Assembly: GCA_900544985.1 (NCBI GenBank)
Contig: UQXK01000001.1
Span: 13,459 to 77,458 of the forward strand
DNA: 64,000 nt
Direction: 5' to 3'
Origin: an uncultured Eubacteriales bacterium
GTDB lineage: Bacteria > Bacillota > Clostridia > Oscillospirales > CAG-272
Part shown: positions 42,324 through 51,361 of the stretch, piece by piece
Numbering within the stretch: the stretch's first letter is position 1
Layout: the number at the start of each line of letters is the position of its first letter
The notes under the pieces: generated by a model
What the model saw: only the letters and a program-made list of their open reading frames with translations
What the model was told of the DNA's origin: nothing
The model's database searches: none
Position numbers and translations under genes: made by a program

Positions 42324-43001
42324 ATGAAATATAACGGGGGATTATTTCAAAACAGAAAGTTTATAGAGCAAAAATTGCTCTTGTATGGTTTTTCTTTTGA
42401 AAAAGAGCGATATGTCTATTCTGTCGGTCTTATGCACAGTGATTTCAGAATGGATATATCAATCGACAAAGAAGAAAATATTGAAATAATTGTATCCGAA
42501 TCGGAAAGTGGAGAAGAATATACACTCATATACGCCAAAAATGCCGTGGGAAGCTTCCTCGGAGAAATTCGCAAACAGTATGAGGATATTTTATCGGACA
42601 TATGCGAAAAATGCACCGAAAAGCAAGTTTTCAAGAGCGATCATGCAAAAAATATAATACGCTATATAAAGCAAAAATATGGGACAGAGCCAGAATATTT
42701 GTGGGATAAATTTCCGAATAACGTTGTTTTCAGAAACGGAAAGAGCGCAAAATGGTATGCCGCGATATTGACGACGGAAAAGAAAAATCTCGGTCTTTAT
42801 GAAGAGGGAACAGAAGAGATCTTGAATCTTAAAGCGCGCCCGGAGCGAGTTTGCGATTTTTTGAATGATAAAAACTGTTTTCCCGCTTATCATATGAACA
42901 AAAAACATTGGTATACCGTGCGTCTGAACGGAGAAATGCCGATAGAGAATATATATTCTCTTATAGATGAAAGCTATGAAACGGTCGGAAGAGCAAAATA
43001 A
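42324..43001 (+). CDS. MmcQ/YjbR family DNA-binding protein
   Basis: 225 aa. PEYLWDKFPNNVVFRNGKSAKWYAAIL...HMNKKHWYTVRLNGEMP is the MmcQ/YjbR signature. Confidence 0.8.
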   Translation: MKYNGGLFQNRKFIEQKLLLYGFSFEKERYVYSVGLMHSDFRMDISIDKEENIEIIVSESESGEEYTLIYAKNAVGSFLGEIRKQYEDILSDICEKCTEKQVFKSDHAKNIIRYIKQKYGTEPEYLWDKFPNNVVFRNGKSAKWYAAILTTEKKNLGLYEEGTEEILNLKARPERVCDFLNDKNCFPAYHMNKKHWYTVRLNGEMPIENIYSLIDESYETVGRAK

Positions 43002-43003
43002 AA

Positions 43004-43028
43004 AGAGTGGAAAAACCACTCTTTTTTT
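43004..43028 (+). terminator. Intrinsic terminator
   Basis: AGAGTGG-aaaaa-CCACTCT followed by TTTTTT. Confidence 0.7.
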
Positions 43029-43132
43029 ATAAGTAATCTTTTATATTTTACGGCAAGTTAAAAGGCAACGGGAAGAGAACAAACGACGGCAATTTTCTCT
43101 TCTGTTTGCTATGGTAAAAATGCGATCCTTTT

Positions 43133-43624
43133 TTATATTATCTGCAAAATCAACGATATAAATATGAAGAGGAATATCGTTGCCAAAATGATGACAGAAA
43201 TGATATGTGCCGTGCTTCCTTTTTCTTCTGTCCTTTTATATTTTGGTTTTGTCAGAATTGCAAATATAATATAACCCGCAACGCATATGACGCTTCCTAT
43301 CATAAGAAAGGGAAGTTTTATGACGACGGATAGTATCGCGAAAATTACCGACAGTACAAGAAACATCACGGCGATAAAATACATTTTTTCGCTCCTCTTT
43401 TTGTCAAGCAATTTTTTGTTTTCTATATCATCGTCGGAGAGAAGTTCATCTATTTTCATCTGAAACAAGTCCGCGATGAGTTTTAAGCTTTCGAGCGACG
43501 GATAGCCGTTTCCTGTTTCCCATTTTGACACCGCCGTTCTTGTTACGAATATTTTTTCCGCAAATTCCTCTTGCGTAAGGTTATTGTCTTTGCGTAATTT
43601 TTTTAATTTATCACAAAAATCCAT
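43133..43624 (-). CDS. XRE-family HTH regulator with C-terminal transmembrane segments
   Basis: LKKLRKDNNLTQEEFAEKIFVTRTAVSKWETGNGYPSLESLKLIADLF, followed by three hydrophobic helices. Confidence 0.75.
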   Translation of the reverse strand: MDFCDKLKKLRKDNNLTQEEFAEKIFVTRTAVSKWETGNGYPSLESLKLIADLFQMKIDELLSDDDIENKKLLDKKRSEKMYFIAVMFLVLSVIFAILSVVIKLPFLMIGSVICVAGYIIFAILTKPKYKRTEEKGSTAHIISVIILATIFLFIFISLILQII

Positions 43625-43885
43625 TTGTCTTTCCTCCTTTACGCTTATATTTTATCATTAAAGTGAGAAAAAGTCACGACACTGTCTCTCACATATGCAT
43701 ATTTGAAACAATAAAATGATTTATATTTCAAATGATAGAAAATTTATTGCTTTTTTCTATGTATCAAAATTTGCTTTACGCTGGACTTTTTATAACATAA
43801 ATGATATATTATAAGATAGTAACGGACGTTTTTTAACATTGAATTTTAAACACAAAAGTGTTTATATAAATAAAAGGAGCTTTTT

Positions 43886-44617
43886 ATGAAAAAAATTTTG
43901 GCGATAGGAAACAGCTTTTCGCAGGACGCTACAAGATATTTACAGGAAATTGCCGCTTCCGCGGGAGAGGAACTTTTTGTAAGAAATCTGTACATAGGCG
44001 GTTGCAGTCTTGCTCTTCACGCGGAGAATGTACGCACGAATGCGACAGCTTATCAATATGAAGAGGATACGAGAAAGCTTTGCATGATATCCATTCCCGA
44101 CGCGCTCAAAGCGGAGGACTGGGATTTTGTCACGATTCAGCAGGCGAGCCACGATTCCGGAATGCCGGAAACATATGATCCGCACATGAGCTTTTTGATA
44201 GATACGATAAAAGAGGCTTTGCCGAACGCTAAAATTGCTTTTCACCGCACATGGGCGTATGAGATAAACTCCGGACACAACTGTTTTGTAAGATACAACA
44301 AGAGCCAGCTTGAAATGTACGGCGCTATTGTCGCCGCGTCCACTTATTTTGCGGCAAAACACGGCATACCCGTAATAAGAACGGGAGATTTTATTCAGGT
44401 GCTCCGCGGAATTTCTCCGTTTGATTTCAAAAACGGAGGGACATCTCTTTGCCGTGACGGGTTCCATTTGTCTTTGGATTACGGCAGATTTGCCGCGGCT
44501 GTATGCTGGTTTAAATTTTTCATGGGAAGAAGCGCGGAGGATATTATCTTTGCTCCCGAAGGAACAGAGAAGGACTATATCGACGTAATAAAGAAAACAG
44601 CAGACATGATGCTTTAA
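43886..44617 (+). CDS. DUF4886-like (SGNH-hydrolase-fold) protein
   Basis: MKKILAIGNSFSQDATRYLQEIA..LYIGGCSL pattern. Confidence 0.65.
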   Translation: MKKILAIGNSFSQDATRYLQEIAASAGEELFVRNLYIGGCSLALHAENVRTNATAYQYEEDTRKLCMISIPDALKAEDWDFVTIQQASHDSGMPETYDPHMSFLIDTIKEALPNAKIAFHRTWAYEINSGHNCFVRYNKSQLEMYGAIVAASTYFAAKHGIPVIRTGDFIQVLRGISPFDFKNGGTSLCRDGFHLSLDYGRFAAAVCWFKFFMGRSAEDIIFAPEGTEKDYIDVIKKTADMML

Positions 44618-44736
44618 ATGCTGTTTTGAGTAAAATCTACAAGCGGATATGGATTTTTTTGTCTAAAAACAACGTTTATAAATGTGTTGTTGTATGATAT
44701 AATATATACACAGCAGAATTGTTTTTGGAGGTACAT

Positions 44737-45201
44737 ATGAAAAAATTGCGCATTATTTCGCTTGTGCTTGTTGTTTTGATGACAATGTGCCTGTTTTCCT
44801 GCGGGAAAAATAAAACAGAGGATTTTTATCCTGAATATAACGGGGATTTCGACGAGATGTTTATCAGTATCGAGTCTTCCGACGGTCGTCTTGATAAGAT
44901 AGTTAACGACAAAGGCGATATAGAAAGAGTTGTCAATTATTTGAACAATACTAAATTTAAAGCTGATGATGTGTACAATATCCGTTCCGATTCAATGGAA
45001 AAAACTTCTGTAACTGTTATTTTTTTTAGGGATGGCGCAGCTAAATGTTGGATGTATTATTATCCCAGTGGCAGTGTGGATTTTGGATATAGAAGGGGAC
45101 TGAGCGCCGACGAAAATTTTGAAAAAGGCTTGTTTGAATTATATAAGTCAATAGATGCACCGGAAGGTAAAAATCTGATAAAACATTTTGTTTTGACTTA
45201 A
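44737..45201 (+). CDS. Lipoprotein (tandem paralog 1)
   Basis: The signal peptide with lipobox is MKKLRIISLVLVVLMTMCLFSCGK. The RBS/start context TTGGAGGTACATATGAAAAA is shared with the next gene. Confidence 0.7.
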   Translation: MKKLRIISLVLVVLMTMCLFSCGKNKTEDFYPEYNGDFDEMFISIESSDGRLDKIVNDKGDIERVVNYLNNTKFKADDVYNIRSDSMEKTSVTVIFFRDGAAKCWMYYYPSGSVDFGYRRGLSADENFEKGLFELYKSIDAPEGKNLIKHFVLT

Positions 45202-45257
45202 ATGTGTTTTGCGCAAAAAATAATTTATATACACAAAAAACATCTTTGGAGGTACAT

Positions 45258-45713
45258 ATGAAAAAGATACGAATTATTTCTCTTGCAATCGTTATTTTGA
45301 TGACAATGTGCTTATTTTCCTGCGGAAAGAAAGACGAGGTCGATTTTTCCAAGCCTGTATATGGTGAATGCGAGAAGATAGAGTTTATCGTCAGCAAAAC
45401 CGATTCTCAAACAGCTGATGTTGTGAAAAAGGTGATAACAGACAAAGACGACATCGCAAAAATTGTAAACTACATGAATAACGCGGAGCTTACTCCTGCA
45501 AAAGAGCTTTACACCGGAAATCCGGTAGGCGGATATTCGGTATCGGTTTCTTTCTCCGGAAAAGACGGGGAATACCGTTCCTTTAAAATTTCGGGAGAGA
45601 AAACGATATACACCAACGACAATGTTCCGTTTTACACGAGCGAGACTTTTGAAAAAGATATGTTGGATCTGTACAATTCGATAGACGCGGAAGAACAAGT
45701 TGTAAATAAGTGA
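45258..45713 (+). CDS. Lipoprotein (tandem paralog 2)
   Basis: MKKIRIISLAIVILMTMCLFSCGKK. It also shares internal segments (DKDDIAKIVNYMNN vs DKGDIERVVNYLNN) and the C-terminal FEKDMLDLYNSIDA vs FEKGLFELYKSIDA. Confidence 0.7.
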   Translation: MKKIRIISLAIVILMTMCLFSCGKKDEVDFSKPVYGECEKIEFIVSKTDSQTADVVKKVITDKDDIAKIVNYMNNAELTPAKELYTGNPVGGYSVSVSFSGKDGEYRSFKISGEKTIYTNDNVPFYTSETFEKDMLDLYNSIDAEEQVVNK

Positions 45714-45733
45714 AAATAAAGATATGAAAAATA

Positions 45734-45914
45734 AAAAAGCACGGCATTGCCGTGCTTTTTTGTATATGCATTAGATGTTGGGGCTATCCGCCCCAAACCC
45801 GGACACAAGGGACTTTTCGAGAAAAGTTTCTTGGAACTTCAAAAGCTTCGCCAAAGTAAATTGGTGTGCTCGGTGTGAAGTTCTTTGGCTTACCTTTCTT
45901 TCAAGAAAGGTAAG
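45734..45914 (-). repeat. REP/MITE-like composite element, copy A (inverted orientation), includes terminator hairpin
   Basis: Contains the terminator AAAAAAGCACGGCATTGCCGTGCTTTTTT (45734-45762). Also has the reverse complement of the core GAAGCTTTTGA.GTTCCAAG.AACTTTTCTCGAAAAGTCCCTTGTGTCCGGGTTTGGGGCGG, and the end hairpin CTTACCTTTCTT-tca-AAGAAAGGTAAG (45888-45914). Confidence 0.85.
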
Positions 45915-48900
45915 TTAGTCTTCGTACATCTTTGCAAGTTTTGTAAGGCGTTCGTATTTAGCCTTTGCCTGTTCTTCTGCTTCCGTGAAGAGAACCTGTG
46001 CTCTTTCCGGGAATGCCTGTTCAAGGCGACTGTAACGAGTTTCGCTCTTAATGAAGTCGATGTAGCTTGCTACCGGAGGCTTGCTGTCTATTGTGAGCGG
46101 ATTCTTGCCCTCTGCTTTGAGTTCGGGGTTGAATCTGAACATCTGCCAGTAACCTGCTTCAACAGCTCTCTTCATTTCGCTCTGGCAGTTACCCATACCG
46201 CCCTTTACACCGTGCATTTCGCAGGGAGCGTAGCCGATGATAAGGGAAGGACCGTGGTAAGCTTCTGCTTCTGCCATAGCCTTTATTGTTTGGTTCATAT
46301 CAGCGCCCATAGCAACCTGTGCAACGTAGATATAACCGTAAGACATAGCGATATTTGCGAGGTCTTTCTTCTTTGTAGCTTTTCCGGCAGCTGCAAACTG
46401 TGCAACCTGACCGATCTGAGAAGCCTTGGAAGCCTGACCGCCTGTGTTGGAGTAAACTTCTGTGTCGAATACCATGATGTTTACATCAGCGCCGGAAGCG
46501 AGTACGTGATCGAGACCGCCGAAGCCTATATCATAAGCCCAACCGTCGCCGCCGAATATCCATACGGACTTCTTTGCGAGGTAATCTTTTTCAGCGAGTA
46601 TCTTGTCTTTGAGTTCGTTCTGGCAATCGCAAGCGGAGAGCATATCAACAAGAGCGTTTGCCGCAGGTGTGTTTGCTTTTCCGTCTTCAACAGTGTTGAG
46701 ATAGTTATCTATAACAGCTGCCTTTGCGTCGTCTGTAACTGTTTCGCGAAGAGCTTTTACATATCCGATGAGTTTTTCACGGATCGTCTTCTGACCGAGG
46801 TATATACCGAGACCGTGCTCTGCGTTATCCTCGAAGAGGGAGTTAGCCCAAGCCGGACCCTTGCCGCTGTCTTTGTTGACAGTGTAAGGAGTAGCGGGAG
46901 CGGAACCGCCCCAAATGGAGGAACAACCGGTAGCGTTGGAGATATACATTCTTTCACCGAAGAGCTGTGTTATAAGGCGCGCATAAGATGTTTCTGCGCA
47001 GCCTGCACAAGAACCGGAGAATTGGAGGAGCGGCTGGTTGAACTGGCTGCCCTTAACTGTTGTTTCTGCGAAAGGAAGATCCTTCTTCGATACGTTTTCA
47101 ACAGCATAATCGAATACAGCCTGCTGATCCTGCTGTGTAGCCTGAGGAACCATTTCGAGCGCTCTCTTTTCGGGCTTTGTGGGACATACTTTTACGCAGA
47201 GTCCGCATCCCATACAATCGAGAGGAGAAATAGCGATAGAGAATTTATAGTCTTCGCAGCCTTTGCCTGTCATCTTTGCCGTGAACTTTGTAGCAGCGGG
47301 AGCGTTTGCGGCTTCGTCTGCGTTCATAGCGTAAGGACGGATCGTAGCATGAGGGCATACGTAAGAACACTGGTTACACTGGATACAGTTTTCGGGATGC
47401 CATACGGGAACGTCAACGGCAACACCGCGTTTTTCATAAGCGGAAGCGCCCTGGGGCATTGTGCCGTCTGCACGGGAACCTGCAAATGTGGAAACGGGAA
47501 GAGAATCGCCCTGCATTTTTGCAACGGGGAGAACGATATCGTTTACGAATTTTACAAGATCGTCTCTCTTGCCTGTTGCGGCGTCGTTTTTAACTTCGGC
47601 AACAGCGTTCTTCCAATCTGCGGGAACATCTACTTTTACAAGTGCGTCAACGCCGGCATCGATAGCTTTGTAGTTCATCTCTACGACAGCTTCGCCTTTT
47701 TTGAGGTAGGACTTCTTTGCCATGTACTTCATGTAGTCAACAGCTTCTGCGATGGGCATGATCTTTGCAAGAGCGAAGAATCCGGATTGGAGGATAGTGT
47801 TTGTTCTCTTGCCCATACCGATTTCGCGGGCTTTGTCGATAGCGTCGACTATATAGAAGTTGATATTGTTGTCAGCGATATATTTCTTTACGGAAGCGGG
47901 AAGATTTTCGGAAAGTTCTTCGGGTTTCCACTGGCAGTTGAGAAGGAATGTGCCGCCCGGTTTAACGTCCTCTACTATCTTGTAGCCTTTGAGCATATAG
48001 GAGGGGTTATGGCAAGCAACAAAGTCTGCCTTTGTTATATAATAAGAAGATTTTATCGGTTTGTCGCCGAAACGGAGGTGGGATATTGTAACGCCGCCTG
48101 TCTTCTTGGAGTCATACTGGAAGTATGCCTGAATGTATTTGTCCGTATGGTCGCCGATGATTTTGATAGAGTTCTTGTTTGCACCGACTGTACCGTCGCC
48201 GCCAAGACCCCAGAATTTGCAGGATATCGTGCCTTCGGGAGCTGTATCGGGAGCGGCGGTCTCTTCGAGAGAACGATGAGTTACGTCGTCTACGATACCG
48301 ATAGTAAAGCCGTTCTTAGGCTCGTCCTTGCTGAGGTTTTCGTATACTGCGAAAACAGAAGCAGGTGTTGTATCTTTGGAGCCGAGACCGTATCTGCCGC
48401 CTACAACTTTAACACCGTTTACGCCGTTTTCGGCAAGAGCCGTAACAACGTCGAGGTAAAGAGGTTCGCCGAGAGAGCCGGGCTCTTTTGTACGGTCGAG
48501 AACAGCGATCTTTTTAGCTGTTGCGGGGATAGCTTCGATGAGCTTGTCCGCACGGAAAGGACGGTAAAGACGAACTTTTACAAGACCGACTTTTTCGCCT
48601 TTTGCCATCATATAATCGATAACTTCTTCTGCTACGTCGCAGATGGATCCCATTGCTACGATAACGCGTTCTGCGTCGGGAGCACCGTAGTAGTTGAAGA
48701 GTTTGTAGTTTGTTCCGATCTTTGCGTTGACCTTGTCCATGTATTCTTCAACGATTTCGGGAAGTGCATCGTAATATTCGTTGCATGCTTCTCTGTGCTG
48801 GAAGAATATATCTCCGTTTTCGGCAGAGCCGCGAAGAACAGGATGGTTCGGGTTGAGAGCGCGTGCGCGGAATGCCGCGATAGCGTCTTTGTCGACCATT

Positions 48901-49478
48901 TCTTCAAGATCTTTGTAATCCCATACTTCGATCTTCTGGATCTCGTGAGATGTACGGAAGCCGTCGAAGAAGTTGATGAACGGAACGCGTCCCTTTATTG
49001 TGGAAAGGTGAGCGACAGCGCCGAGATCCATAACTTCCTGAGGGTTGGATTCGCAGAGCATAGCAAATCCTGTCTGACGGCAGGCATATACGTCGGAATG
49101 ATCTCCGAAAATATTGAGCGCGTGAGAAGCTACGCAGCGCGCGGAAACGTGAATTACGCAGGGAAGAAGTTCGCCTGCAATTTTATACATATTGGGGATC
49201 ATAAGGAGAAGTCCCTGAGATGCCGTATATGTCGTTGTGAGAGCGCCGGCTGCAAGAGAACCGTGAACTGTTCCCGCAGCGCCTGCTTCGGACTGCATCT
49301 CCATTACTTTAACATTCTCGCCGAATATGTTTTTGAGTCCTGTGGCAGACCAGGAGTCTGTGAGTTCCGCCATTACACTTGACGGAGTGATGGGGTAGAT
49401 AGCAGCTACTTCCGTAAACGCATATGAGACATGCGCGGCGGCGGTGTTGCCATCCATGGAAATTTTATTTCTTGCCAT
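45915..49478 (-). CDS. nifJ: Pyruvate:ferredoxin (flavodoxin) oxidoreductase
   Basis: ~1187 aa from the ATG at 49478 (MARNKISMDGNTAAAHVSYAFTEVAAIYPITPSS). It has two 4Fe-4S ferredoxin motifs (CIQCNQCSYVCPHA and CMGCGLCVKVCP) and a TPP-binding GDGWAYDIGFGGLDHV. Confidence 0.95.
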   Translation of the reverse strand: MARNKISMDGNTAAAHVSYAFTEVAAIYPITPSSVMAELTDSWSATGLKNIFGENVKVMEMQSEAGAAGTVHGSLAAGALTTTYTASQGLLLMIPNMYKIAGELLPCVIHVSARCVASHALNIFGDHSDVYACRQTGFAMLCESNPQEVMDLGAVAHLSTIKGRVPFINFFDGFRTSHEIQKIEVWDYKDLEEMVDKDAIAAFRARALNPNHPVLRGSAENGDIFFQHREACNEYYDALPEIVEEYMDKVNAKIGTNYKLFNYYGAPDAERVIVAMGSICDVAEEVIDYMMAKGEKVGLVKVRLYRPFRADKLIEAIPATAKKIAVLDRTKEPGSLGEPLYLDVVTALAENGVNGVKVVGGRYGLGSKDTTPASVFAVYENLSKDEPKNGFTIGIVDDVTHRSLEETAAPDTAPEGTISCKFWGLGGDGTVGANKNSIKIIGDHTDKYIQAYFQYDSKKTGGVTISHLRFGDKPIKSSYYITKADFVACHNPSYMLKGYKIVEDVKPGGTFLLNCQWKPEELSENLPASVKKYIADNNINFYIVDAIDKAREIGMGKRTNTILQSGFFALAKIMPIAEAVDYMKYMAKKSYLKKGEAVVEMNYKAIDAGVDALVKVDVPADWKNAVAEVKNDAATGKRDDLVKFVNDIVLPVAKMQGDSLPVSTFAGSRADGTMPQGASAYEKRGVAVDVPVWHPENCIQCNQCSYVCPHATIRPYAMNADEAANAPAATKFTAKMTGKGCEDYKFSIAISPLDCMGCGLCVKVCPTKPEKRALEMVPQATQQDQQAVFDYAVENVSKKDLPFAETTVKGSQFNQPLLQFSGSCAGCAETSYARLITQLFGERMYISNATGCSSIWGGSAPATPYTVNKDSGKGPAWANSLFEDNAEHGLGIYLGQKTIREKLIGYVKALRETVTDDAKAAVIDNYLNTVEDGKANTPAANALVDMLSACDCQNELKDKILAEKDYLAKKSVWIFGGDGWAYDIGFGGLDHVLASGADVNIMVFDTEVYSNTGGQASKASQIGQVAQFAAAGKATKKKDLANIAMSYGYIYVAQVAMGADMNQTIKAMAEAEAYHGPSLIIGYAPCEMHGVKGGMGNCQSEMKRAVEAGYWQMFRFNPELKAEGKNPLTIDSKPPVASYIDFIKSETRYSRLEQAFPERAQVLFTEAEEQAKAKYERLTKLAKMYED

Positions 49479-49613
49479 GTGTAAGAACCTCCGTAAAAAA
49501 TTTTGTGTTATATTATAATAAATAACATTAACCATAGATTATAATATCACTTAAAAGGTGAAAAGTAAATACAATAAGCGCAAAAAAACGTATTAAAAAT
49601 AAAAAAGCGAAGA

Positions 49614-49797
49614 ACACACCTTTCTTTCGGAGAAAGGTGACAGGAGAACTTTGCTCAAACACCCCACTTAATTTTTGCGAAGCTTTTGAGGTTCCAAGGG
49701 ACTTTTCCCGAAAAGTCCCTTGTGTCGGGGTTTGGGGCGACGCCCCGACTGATAATGCGCACGAAAAAACGCGGAGAAATCCGCGTTTTTTATTTTG
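49614..49797 (+). repeat. REP/MITE-like composite element, copy B
   Basis: End hairpin CACCTTTCT-ttcgg-AGAAAGGTG and core GAAGCTTTTGAGGTTCCAAGGGACTTTTCCCGAAAAGTCCCTTGTGTCGGGGTTTGGGGCGACGCCCC (49679-49750). Terminator AAAAAACGCGGAGAAATCCGCGTTTTTT (49764-49795). Confidence 0.85.
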
Positions 49798-50019
49798 TCA
49801 GGATATGTTGGAACTGCGTGAGGGGGCCTTGCTTCAAGAGGCTTTTTGTAAAAAGCCCCTTGAAAATCCGCAAAAACTTTCCTCGGCTACACCACTTCAT
49901 TTTAATGAAGCTTTTGAGATTCCAAAGGACTTTTCTCGAAAAGTCCCTTGTGTCAGGGTTTGGGGCAGACGCCCCAACTGTTAACGCACACAAAAAGCAC
50001 GGCATTGCCGTGCTTTTTA
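49798..50019 (+). repeat. REP/MITE-like element, linker module plus copy C
   Basis: Linker GTTGGAACTGCGT..GGCTTTTTGTAAAAAGCC..AAAACTTTCC, and core GAAGCTTTTGAGATTCCAAAGGACTTTTCTCGAAAAGTCCCTTGTGTCAGGGTTTGGGGCAGACGCCCC (49908-49980). The same terminator as copy A, GCACGGCATTGCCGTGC (49992-50019), abuts the stop of the gene at 50022. Confidence 0.85.
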
Positions 50020-50021
50020 TA

Positions 50022-50816
50022 TCAGTTTATTTTTGATAATTCTTTTTCTTCCTGTATTTTTATCGGTTTTGCCGCTTTTTTGTCTCTTATGTACCAGGGC
50101 AGATATGAAAGGAAAAACATAAGTGTTATAATCGATACGATGACAAGAAGACGAAGCGCAAAATTAGGCGGTAAAATATCGAGTATTGACGGTGTGCTTT
50201 CGGGTCTTGCGAGGAAGAGGTAGTTTGCGCCCGGTCCGATTATTATGTTTGCGCTGTATGCGACAACGGCAAGAACAAAAAGGGATACATATGACTTTAT
50301 TGCCGATTTTATCGTGGGACGCATTTTATGTACAAATATCATATAGAAAACAGAGATATATCCGAAAGTGTGTTCTATCCAAAACTGATAATATCTGAAC
50401 CTTGTGGGACCTGTGTATGTTATTACCGTCGGCGTAATAAGGGCGAATATCGTTCCCGCAAACAGCCAGAAATATGATATATCAAAAAGAGTCTGTGATT
50501 TTGCAACGACCATATAGCTGCAAAAAATCGCTACCCAGCCGCAAACGGTTATCGGCAAATGATCCACGGGATTTGGATTAAGTGAAGGAATGCTGATAAG
50601 GCGCCAGTAATAAGACATTTCCGAAATTATCATCGTGAAAGCAAGAATCCAACGTATTGTTTGCTCGTGCTTCCAAGTGCGTATTTTTTCGCGGTATCTG
50701 AATATTATGAATATTAAAGCAAGCGTTAAGATTATCGGCGCAAAATGAGCGAGTGTGAAATTGGTAAATTCAACTCTCTCTCCTTTGCCGAGAAAATATG
50801 AAAAGAATTTTTTCAT
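50022..50816 (-). CDS. Integral membrane protein, YwaF/TIGR02206-like
   Basis: 264 aa with ~7 TM helices. HLPITVCGWVAIFCSYMVV...YYQFWIEHTFGYISVFYMIFVHKMRPT resembles the YwaF family. Confidence 0.65.
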   Translation of the reverse strand: MKKFFSYFLGKGERVEFTNFTLAHFAPIILTLALIFIIFRYREKIRTWKHEQTIRWILAFTMIISEMSYYWRLISIPSLNPNPVDHLPITVCGWVAIFCSYMVVAKSQTLFDISYFWLFAGTIFALITPTVITYTGPTRFRYYQFWIEHTFGYISVFYMIFVHKMRPTIKSAIKSYVSLFVLAVVAYSANIIIGPGANYLFLARPESTPSILDILPPNFALRLLVIVSIITLMFFLSYLPWYIRDKKAAKPIKIQEEKELSKIN

Positions 50817-50892
50817 AATAACTCCAAAGTAGCTTCAAAGTATTAGTATTTTTTTATTGTATCACCTTGCATAGTCAAAATCAAGTGTTCGG

Positions 50893-51058
50893 AGAAGATG
50901 GACATAAGAACTTTGCTCAAACACAAAACTTTATTTTGCGAAGCTTTTGAGGTTCCAAAGGACTTTTCTCGAAAAGTCCCTTGTGCCGGGGTTTGGGGCG
51001 GAAGACCCAACTGACAACGCACACGAAAAAACGCGGAGAAATCCGCGTTTTTTATTTG
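50893..51058 (+). repeat. REP/MITE-like composite element, copy D
   Basis: AAGAACTTTGCTCAAACAC, followed by the core GAAGCTTTTGAGGTTCCAAAGGACTTTTCTCGAAAAGTCCCTTGTGCCGGGGTTTGGGGCGG (50939-51012). The terminator is identical to copy B (51025-51056). Confidence 0.85.
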
Positions 51059-51175
51059 TCAAAAAATGTTGGAACTGCGTTCCAAACCTTGCTTTAAGGG
51101 ACTTTTGAAAAAGTCCCTTAAAAATCCTCAAAACTTTCCCACCGAATATACCACTTTATTTTGGCAAAAATTTTA
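51059..51175 (+). repeat. REP/MITE-like element, linker module only (truncated next unit)
   Basis: GTTGGAACTGCGT..GGGACTTTTGAAAAAGTCCC..AAAACTTTCCC..CCACTTTATTTTGGC parallels 49806-49915 but stops where a core would start. Confidence 0.75.
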
Positions 51176-51324
51176 TATTTTATTGAGATAATTTTATATC
51201 TGCTACGACAAAAATATGAAAGCATACAGGAAAAAGCGCGAAAAGCTGCACGCGCTTTTTACGGGGGGGGGAGATGAGGTTCGAACATTTTCCCCGAGAA
51301 ATGCTTTCATGAATATTCATAAAC

Positions 51325-51355
51325 AAAAAGAACGTCAATAAAAGGCGTTCTTTTT
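51325..51355. terminator. Bidirectional intrinsic terminator
   Basis: AAAAA-GAACG-N11-CGTTC-TTTTT directly after the stop of the minus-strand ORF at 51362. Confidence 0.5.
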
Positions 51356-51361
51356 GCGGAT

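Noticed and set aside
45885-49382. 1165-aa plus-strand ORF covering almost all of nifJ on the opposite strand
   Set aside because: It is in the codon-aligned antisense frame (45915-45885 is a multiple of 3). Its stop codons would therefore correspond to sense codons TTA, CTA and TCA, which this highly biased gene avoids. The product is Cys/Phe/Val-rich nonsense, while the minus-strand product is an unmistakable PFOR. This is a shadow ORF and only reflects strong codon bias.
45734-49797. nifJ as an invertible (phase-variable) segment because it is bracketed by inverted copies of the repeat element
   Set aside because: The nifJ promoter and RBS region (49479-49613) lies inside the bracket, so inversion would not change expression. 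No recombinase gene is adjacent. The observation is kept only as a property of the repeat family.
49637-50036. ORFs of 115-116 aa (and the 66-71 aa ORFs at 49790-50005 and 50931-51131) with repeated FEVPRDFSRKVPCVGVWG-type sequence
   Set aside because: They lie entirely within the REP/MITE-like intergenic repeats and their terminator hairpins. The apparent protein repeats are simply translations of the DNA repeat.
51263-51300. GGTTCGAA string as part of a tRNA or tmRNA gene
   Set aside because: The flanking bases do not form a T-stem (tgagg versus atttt), and no acceptor or anticodon arms can be drawn.
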